From positions 1-5,845 of IMG/VR virus record IMGVR_UViG_3300045988_004631: DNA of 5,845 nt. One strand, 5' to 3'. Below, one piece after another: positions 1-3,618 of this stretch. Each line of letters opens with the position of its first letter. Position 1 is the stretch's first letter. Origin of the DNA: a virus. Under the pieces are notes generated by a model. It ran no database searches, was not told the DNA's origin, and saw nothing but the letters and a program-made list of their open reading frames with translations. A program made the translations under genes and the position numbers.

Positions 1-77
1 TGCTCGAGTAAAGAACATTTTTTCCTCCTTTAGATTACGTTCAAGGTTACAGGCGGTTTTGCTTTGCCTTTGCCGTC
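1..77. repeat. Terminal direct redundancy, copy 1 (identical to 5769..5845). It indicates a circular 5768-nt genome with assembly overlap.
   Basis: A base-by-base comparison of 1..77 with 5769..5845 shows 77/77 identity. Bases 1..18 duplicate the 5' end of the VP3-like CDS (ATG at 16..18 on the minus strand). Bases 30..77 duplicate the 3' end of the VP5-like CDS. Confidence 0.95.
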
Positions 78-293
78 TTGCAACTTGTGTTTGTCGTTCC
101 AGTATTCGCCGTTTTCATCGTCGAACGTTGCGACTTTGAAAAGCGTGTAATCGCCTGCGTTTTTACCCAGCTGCTTTTCGTCGTTGCATGCGTCTTTGAA
201 TGCTCGGACTGCTGTGCCGTCGTTTACGCTTTCAAATCCGCCCATGAACTGTTCTGCGATGTTGTCTCGGACGCTGTAAATGTTGTGAATCAC
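30..293 (-). CDS. VP5-like (ORF5 family) small non-structural protein of Gokushovirinae, 87 aa
   Basis: The ORF is in the track. The pattern IYSVRD..AEQF...F...ND..AVRAF.D.....K.....AGDYTLFKVATFDDENGEY matches my recollection of Chlamydia-phage/gokushovirus ORF5 proteins (..F.V.D.K...Y..PF......A.R.F......(P)EDY.LY.IG.FD..TG). The start is GTG at 293..291, with GAGGAGG 9 nt upstream (302..308 on the plus strand). The stop is TAA at 32..30. Confidence 0.7.
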   Translation of the reverse strand: MIHNIYSVRDNIAEQFMGGFESVNDGTAVRAFKDACNDEKQLGKNAGDYTLFKVATFDDENGEYWNDKHKLQDGKGKAKPPVTLNVI

Positions 294-409
294 AGTCTAA
301 TGCCTCCTCGCATAGGTTTTGCCGAAAGGTTGATTGCTTTCGTCTTGTTTGCGGTTTTGTTGTAGATTTTTGCGTCTTTCCGTTTACGCGTTCTCGCTCG
401 GCGTGCCAT
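290..409 (-). CDS. Small, highly basic protein of 39 aa (MARRARTRKRKDAKIYNKTANKTKAINLSAKPMRGGIRL); candidate J/ORF8-like DNA-binding packaging protein
   Basis: Not in the supplied track; translated by hand. ATG at 409..407 is preceded by AAGGAGGG with a 6-nt spacer (minus strand: aaggagggactacaATG). Fourteen of 39 residues are R/K and only one is acidic. The TGA stop (292..290) overlaps the GTG start of the VP5-like gene (GTGA). It overlaps the 3' end of the 78-aa ORF by 26 nt in another frame. Small Arg-rich proteins (phiX174 J, Chlamydia-phage ORF8) are an established Microviridae feature. Confidence 0.7.
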   Translation of the reverse strand: MARRARTRKRKDAKIYNKTANKTKAINLSAKPMRGGIRL

Positions 410-620
410 TGTAGTCCCTCCTTAATAGTTCCATTTCAATGGAGTTTGCGAAACTTTTCATCATCCATATTTCGTCTATGATTTTTTTTGCGTCGTTCAT
501 GTCTGAGACCTTTCTAAGCATTTTGTATGCTCCTTCGATCTCCTTATATTTTTTTGTAAGTATGTTATTGAGCACTTCTTTGGGCTGGTCTCGTACGTTC
601 CATCCTTTGATGTCTAACAT
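384..620 (-). CDS. Hypothetical protein, 78 aa, predicted helical and charged, no recognisable family
   Basis: The ORF is in the track. ATG at 620..618 is preceded by AAGGAGGA with a 5-nt spacer (minus strand: caaaggaggaataaaATG). It lies in the same orientation and is tightly packed within the operon. I recognise no motif. Confidence 0.6.
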   Translation of the reverse strand: MLDIKGWNVRDQPKEVLNNILTKKYKEIEGAYKMLRKVSDMNDAKKIIDEIWMMKSFANSIEMELLRRDYNGTPSENA

Positions 621-621
621 T

Positions 622-726
622 TTATTCCTCCTTTGCGTTCATGTCGTTCGCAATCAGTGCATGGTAAATCTTATCCAGCACCTCAAGGATTTTCTTCAGC
701 GTCTCCATTGCTTCGGTAAAGTTCAT
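622..726 (-). CDS. Hypothetical micro-ORF, 34 aa (MNFTEAMETLKKILEVLDKIYHALIANDMNAKEE)
   Basis: Not in the track; translated by hand. Its ATG (726..724) overlaps the TAA stop of the M15 peptidase (728..726), forming TAATG. A GGGGGTGA Shine-Dalgarno-like sequence lies 7 nt upstream. Its TAA stop (624..622) sits 1 nt before the ATG of the next ORF. It fills the gap between its neighbours exactly, but short ORFs can arise by chance. Confidence 0.4.
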   Translation of the reverse strand: MNFTEAMETLKKILEVLDKIYHALIANDMNAKEE

Positions 727-1118
727 TAAATCACCCCCTTTCTGTATTTATCTTCTCGCACGTCTACATGAACAAAATTTGTGTAGCGAATAACCCCGCC
801 GTGGTTTTTCATGATTTCGCTTGCGTATTCTGCAACTTCTTTGCTTGTGTAGCCTTTTACTCTGATGTCTGCCGCCATACCTTTGCAGTGGTATGAGTTC
901 CCTGCACCGCCTACTTTTGTGTTCCATGCTGGCGTTCTGTATCCGCTGTTGATAATTACCGGGCTGTTGAAGTGTACTCTTATTTCTTCTAGTACTTGGA
1001 GAAGTTCTCTGCATACTAGTATTTCTTTACTTCCGTCTTTGCATTTGAATTCGTTTGCCTTAAAGTGCTGTGTGATGTAGTACGTTCCTTCTCTTATGCA
1101 ATAGATTGTTTTTTTCAT
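726..1118 (-). CDS. Peptidase_M15_3 family zinc D-Ala-D-Ala carboxypeptidase-like peptidoglycan hydrolase, 130 aa; putative lysis enzyme
   Basis: The motifs SGYRTPAWNTKVGGAGNSYHCKGMAADI and YTNFVHVDVR match the H-x6-D ... H-x-D zinc-ligand pattern of the Peptidase_M15_3/M15A family. I prefer ATG at 1118..1116 (MKKTIYC...), which has a GAGGG Shine-Dalgarno 8 nt upstream. The track's TTG start at 1199 lies upstream of the predicted promoter. Confidence 0.88.
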   Translation of the reverse strand: MKKTIYCIREGTYYITQHFKANEFKCKDGSKEILVCRELLQVLEEIRVHFNSPVIINSGYRTPAWNTKVGGAGNSYHCKGMAADIRVKGYTSKEVAEYASEIMKNHGGVIRYTNFVHVDVREDKYRKGVI

Positions 1119-1139
1119 TTTTGCTTCCCTCTTTTCTGT

Positions 1140-1168
1140 ATTGTATAAAATCCTGTTCGCTTTGTCAA
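1140..1168 (-). promoter_or_regulatory. Sigma70-type promoter: TTGACA, 17-nt spacer, TACAAT
   Basis: The minus strand reads TTGACAaagcgaacaggattttaTACAAT. The -35 box is the reverse complement of 1163..1168 and the -10 box is the reverse complement of 1140..1145. The spacer is exactly 17 nt. An A/T-rich stretch lies upstream (aaaagttttttacaaaaa). The -10 box is about 22 nt upstream of the M15 ATG. Confidence 0.65.
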
Positions 1169-1204
1169 GGGTTTTTGTAAAAAACTTTTGGCAAAGCAAA
1201 CAGG

Positions 1205-1219
1205 AACGCCGCAGGCGTT
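1205..1219. other. Short GC-rich hairpin (aacgcc-gca-ggcgtt) followed by T5 on the plus strand
   Basis: 1205..1210 pairs perfectly with 1214..1219 around a 3-nt loop. A T-run at 1218..1222 gives it plus-strand terminator-like geometry, although no credible plus-strand gene exists. Confidence 0.4.
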
Positions 1220-1309
1220 TTTAACATTTTCAACATAGTTTTCAACATTTTAACATTGTTAAACTTTAGCATAACAGAGTGTTTTAACAATTCAACAACT
1301 TTTTAACAA
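1219..1309. repeat. Array of at least 7 direct iteron-like repeats TTTT(C)AACA(T/A), plus one inverted copy
   Basis: ttttaacat occurs at 1219..1227 and 1248..1256. ttttcaacat occurs at 1227..1236 and 1239..1248, giving an A-B-B-A arrangement. An inverted copy forms the palindrome ttaaca-t-tgttaa at 1250..1262. A second cluster has ttttaacaa at 1282..1290, ttcaacaa at 1291..1298 and tttttaacaa at 1300..1309. A further ttcaac occurs at 1368..1373. The 11-mer taacaattttt occurs at 1304..1314 and again at 1574..1584. Confidence 0.75.
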
Positions 1310-1321
1310 TTTTTTCCACAA

Positions 1322-1340
1322 GCTTTTTTACTAAAAAAGC
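1322..1340. other. Perfect 8-bp A/T-rich inverted repeat gctttttt-act-aaaaaagc
   Basis: 1322..1329 is the reverse complement of 1333..1340, with a 3-nt loop. Confidence 0.5.
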
Positions 1341-1418
1341 GCATATCTGCGTTGTAAATTATTGCTTTTCAACTTTTAAACTGTCTCTACTACTTCTCCT
1401 ACAACAAGTATATAAATA

Positions 1419-1486
1419 ACACGCATGTGTGCGCGTGCGCGCGCGTGCGCGTTTCGTGCGCGTGTGCGCATGTGCGTACATGCGTG
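1419..1486. repeat. Alternating purine-pyrimidine (CG/TG/CA)n tract, potentially Z-DNA forming
   Basis: 1419..1452 (34 nt) and 1455..1486 (32 nt) each alternate Pu-Py without exception and are separated only by tt. The heptamer GTGCGCG occurs at 1429, 1435, 1445 and 1456. The tract ends are inverted repeats: cacgcatgt at 1420..1428 and acatgcgtg at 1478..1486. Confidence 0.85.
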
Positions 1487-1507
1487 AACTTTCGAGCGAA
1501 TGCGAGC

Positions 1508-1578
1508 CGGCGGTGATAAGGCCGATAGGCCGCCCGCCGTGCCGGGGTGTTAGGGGGTGAGCGGAACACCCCCTAACA
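1508..1578. other. GC-rich nested and tandem hairpins
   Basis: cggcgg (1508..1513) pairs with ccgccg (1534..1539), enclosing ggcc-gata-ggcc (1520..1531). Next comes a perfect 12-bp stem, tgttagggggtg (1548..1559) with caccccctaaca (1567..1578), around the 7-nt loop agcggaa. It is followed by TTTTT (1580..1584). Confidence 0.7.
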
Positions 1579-1593
1579 ATTTTTATCTGTAAT

Positions 1594-1623
1594 AAAAAAA
1601 CTCCATACCCTAAAGGCATGGAG
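1594..1623 (-). terminator. Rho-independent terminator for the minus-strand transcription unit
   Basis: The minus strand reads cuccaugccuuuaggguauggag followed by U7. The stem is about 9-10 bp including G-U pairs, and the U-tract is the reverse complement of 1594..1600. It lies about 65 nt downstream of the VP4 stop, which ends the last gene of the cluster. Confidence 0.75.
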
Positions 1624-1639
1624 TTTTAAATCTTATTTC

Positions 1640-1685
1640 GTCATCAAGCCAAGTACCAGCCTTGTCAGGTACTTGGCTTGATGAC
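1640..1685. other. Perfect 18-bp stem with a 10-nt loop, starting 2 nt after the VP4 stop codon
   Basis: gtcatcaagccaagtacc (1640..1657) is the exact reverse complement of ggtacttggcttgatgac (1668..1685). The loop is agccttgtca (1658..1667). No U-tract follows on the minus strand, so it is not a canonical intrinsic terminator. Confidence 0.85.
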
Positions 1686-1687
1686 AC

Positions 1688-2704
1688 TCACATTGTTCCA
1701 CTGCTCTTTCGGAACTTGTGAATTTTACGTTCCTGCGCTGATAAATAGCTTTCAAGCTTAATGTCTGTTTGTTCCATCTTGTTTTTGGTTGAATCCATGG
1801 CTTTTTGTTGCCTTTGGCGCTTGATTTCCCATAGACGTTTCGGATCTTCTGCTTCCATCTGCTTTTCAAAATAACGTGGTATTGCCGCTCTTTTGCCGTT
1901 GCTAAGCTGGATGTATCCTTGTTTCCAGATTTCTTCTTTGTGTTGCAGATAGTATTCTTCGCCTAGACCCGGCTTTAAACTCATCATTGCAAATGGTGGT
2001 CTTAATCCTCTTTTGATGTGTTCCATGGTTTCATCGCCAATTTTTTTTGTTACATAGCCTGCTGTGTAGCTGTATGCCTTACTTGTTGCCGGTTCACTCA
2101 TGTTGTGGATACCATATGGCCAGCATTTTGTTATGCGTGTGTCTGTGTAGTATCCTTCTTTGCTGAGTAGTCTGTACGGCTCTAGCTTTTCTGGATTGTA
2201 ATTGAACAAAATCAGATGATAGTGCGGTCTCCCGGTGTGTTCTCCATATTCACCCGCACAGAAATAGCGTATTCCCGGCCCTGCGGCCTTTCTGAGACGT
2301 TTTAGAAACTTCTGAATGTCCTCATACCATAGTGTTTGATTCTCCTTTAAATCGCCTTTCTGCCGCTTGTAGAGTGCCCCGCGTATTACTTCGCCTGTTT
2401 CGTGGTTAATGCCCGGTATGTTTTTGTCGTCATAGGTTAATGTGACAAACCATACTGAGTGAGGTTTACTTGTTTTTGCTTCCATTTCGATTCTGCAAGC
2501 CCAGTCTTCTCTTTTTCGGATTCGGCACCCGATGCACTGCCCGCACGGAATGAGCATTACATCTTTTCTATAGATTAAGTCTTCATAGGTTAAATCAGGT
2601 TTTTTTGCTCTTTCAATGGCAAAGCGCCGGAGCGTGTAAACACGTCCCGACGCTTCGCGATCGTCTGGCGCATAAAACCTGATAAGAGGTTTATAGCATG
2701 CCAT
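1688..2704 (-). CDS. VP4-like replication initiation protein (HUH rolling-circle endonuclease, Microviridae type), 338 aa
   Basis: It carries RCR motif 1 (FVTLTY), motif 2 the HUH box (PHYHLILF), and motif 3 with paired tyrosines (YSYTAGYVTKK; compare phiX174 gpA Y-x3-Y..KK). An N-terminal Cys cluster (CGQCIGCR) is typical of gokushovirus VP4. The ATG at 2704..2702 overlaps the VP2 TAA stop (TAATG). Confidence 0.95.
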   Translation of the reverse strand: MACYKPLIRFYAPDDREASGRVYTLRRFAIERAKKPDLTYEDLIYRKDVMLIPCGQCIGCRIRKREDWACRIEMEAKTSKPHSVWFVTLTYDDKNIPGINHETGEVIRGALYKRQKGDLKENQTLWYEDIQKFLKRLRKAAGPGIRYFCAGEYGEHTGRPHYHLILFNYNPEKLEPYRLLSKEGYYTDTRITKCWPYGIHNMSEPATSKAYSYTAGYVTKKIGDETMEHIKRGLRPPFAMMSLKPGLGEEYYLQHKEEIWKQGYIQLSNGKRAAIPRYFEKQMEAEDPKRLWEIKRQRQQKAMDSTKNKMEQTDIKLESYLSAQERKIHKFRKSSGTM

Positions 2705-3606
2705 TATCTTAAATAATCACCCGGCTTTCTCTGCTGTCCATAGCTTCCCGTTTTGTCTGTTGCTTTGATTGCGCGGTCTGTTGATCCTGCAACTCTTTGC
2801 TGTGCTTTGCCTGCATCATAACTCGGTTTTGCAACTTTGTCTGTTACGATGTTTACATTGTCTTTCAGCTGTTGCCAGCTCCTGCCGCTGTTTGCTCCTT
2901 GCTGGAAATAACTGCTTACTCCCTGTGCAAGGTTCACGCTGTCGCTGAAACTGCCGTAACTGTTGGAACTGAATGCTGGACTTCCCAATGCACTGATGCT
3001 TGCCGCGCTTGTGCTTCCCAGTCCTACGCTTGCGCCGCCTACGCTTCCAGCACTGCCGCCGCCCATTGCCGCGCCGCCGTTGAGTGCCGCTAAAATCGGG
3101 TTGATTCCTGCGGCCCTCATGTCTGCAACGGCTCTTTGGTATGCGGTACTGCTCATGTGCTCTTGCCATTCTCGATTGAGTGCGGCTTCTGCGGAGTTGT
3201 AGGCCATGGCTTCGCGCATTAGGTCGGCGTTCATGCGCCCTTGTTTGTTCATCAACATACTGTTGAGCAATCCTTGGTAGCCGCTTCCTGCCATGTTGTA
3301 GATTCCTTGTGCGCTCATGCTTCCCAGATTTCTGAGCCATCCGCTAAGCTCTGTGTTTCGGTTTGTGCTGTCGTTCGTTCCTCCTGAGCTTTCGCTGTGG
3401 CTGTTTCCATAGCTCCAGTTAGAACTACTGCCTCCTCCTGCTGTCCAGCCTTGGTTTTGGCTGTAATTGAACTTGTTGGATGCGTTAAACTGTGCTTGGT
3501 TTTGGTTCAGTCCTTTGAACTGGTTGTACAGGTTTCCGACCGTTCCGGCAATGTTTCCAATTGTTCCTACTGCTTTGATTGCTGTTGGCAACCATTCCAG
3601 TGCCAT
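2704..3606 (-). CDS. VP2-like minor capsid / DNA pilot protein, 300 aa
   Basis: The conserved central block AYNSAEAALNREWQEHMSSTAYQRAVADMRAAGINPILA matches the gokushovirus VP2 signature (..MS.TAYQR...D...AG.NP.LA). It is flanked by low-complexity regions rich in G, S, N and Q. The ATG at 3606..3604 has AGGAGG upstream. It sits directly downstream of VP1. Confidence 0.9.
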   Translation of the reverse strand: MALEWLPTAIKAVGTIGNIAGTVGNLYNQFKGLNQNQAQFNASNKFNYSQNQGWTAGGGSSSNWSYGNSHSESSGGTNDSTNRNTELSGWLRNLGSMSAQGIYNMAGSGYQGLLNSMLMNKQGRMNADLMREAMAYNSAEAALNREWQEHMSSTAYQRAVADMRAAGINPILAALNGGAAMGGGSAGSVGGASVGLGSTSAASISALGSPAFSSNSYGSFSDSVNLAQGVSSYFQQGANSGRSWQQLKDNVNIVTDKVAKPSYDAGKAQQRVAGSTDRAIKATDKTGSYGQQRKPGDYLR

Positions 3607-3618
3607 TTTAACACCTCC

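Noticed and set aside
1-77. The terminal repeat interpreted as LTR/ITR or transposon ends
   Set aside because: The repeats are direct, sit exactly at the window ends and cut through coding sequence (the VP3 start and the VP5 end). This is the expected artefact of linearising a circular assembly, not a biological repeat.
748-1014. An 88-aa alternative-frame ORF inside the M15 peptidase gene
   Set aside because: It has no ribosome-binding site and its basic composition is low in complexity, typical of an off-frame read. It is too short to distinguish from chance.
1119-1199. The TTG-initiated 27-codon N-terminal extension of the M15 peptidase (157-aa version in the track)
   Set aside because: The extension covers the predicted TTGACA-17-TACAAT promoter and has no Shine-Dalgarno sequence. 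The internal ATG at 1118 has a GAGGG Shine-Dalgarno at good spacing and yields a normal-length M15_3 domain protein.
1219-1486. The possibility of a CRISPR array or a tRNA/ncRNA gene in the non-coding region
   Set aside because: The repeats are only 9-10 nt long, abut each other without spacers of regular length, and are degenerate. I could not fold a cloverleaf or find conserved tRNA boxes. The region lies outside the predicted transcription unit, between the terminator and the promoter.
1359-1619. An 86-aa minus-strand ORF spanning the non-coding region
   Set aside because: Its ATG lies inside the terminator hairpin and has no Shine-Dalgarno sequence. The translation (HAHTRTKRARARTRTHA...) is simply the alternating CG/CA tract read as codons. 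It also runs through the hairpins and lies downstream of the terminator.
1633-1869. A 78-aa basic ORF overlapping the VP4 3' end, first considered as the J/ORF8-like protein
   Set aside because: It has no Shine-Dalgarno sequence. Its basic composition is explained by the alternative frame of the Lys/Arg/Gln-rich VP4 C-terminus. Its 3' part reads through the 18-bp hairpin. A much better J-like candidate with a perfect ribosome-binding site exists at 290..409.
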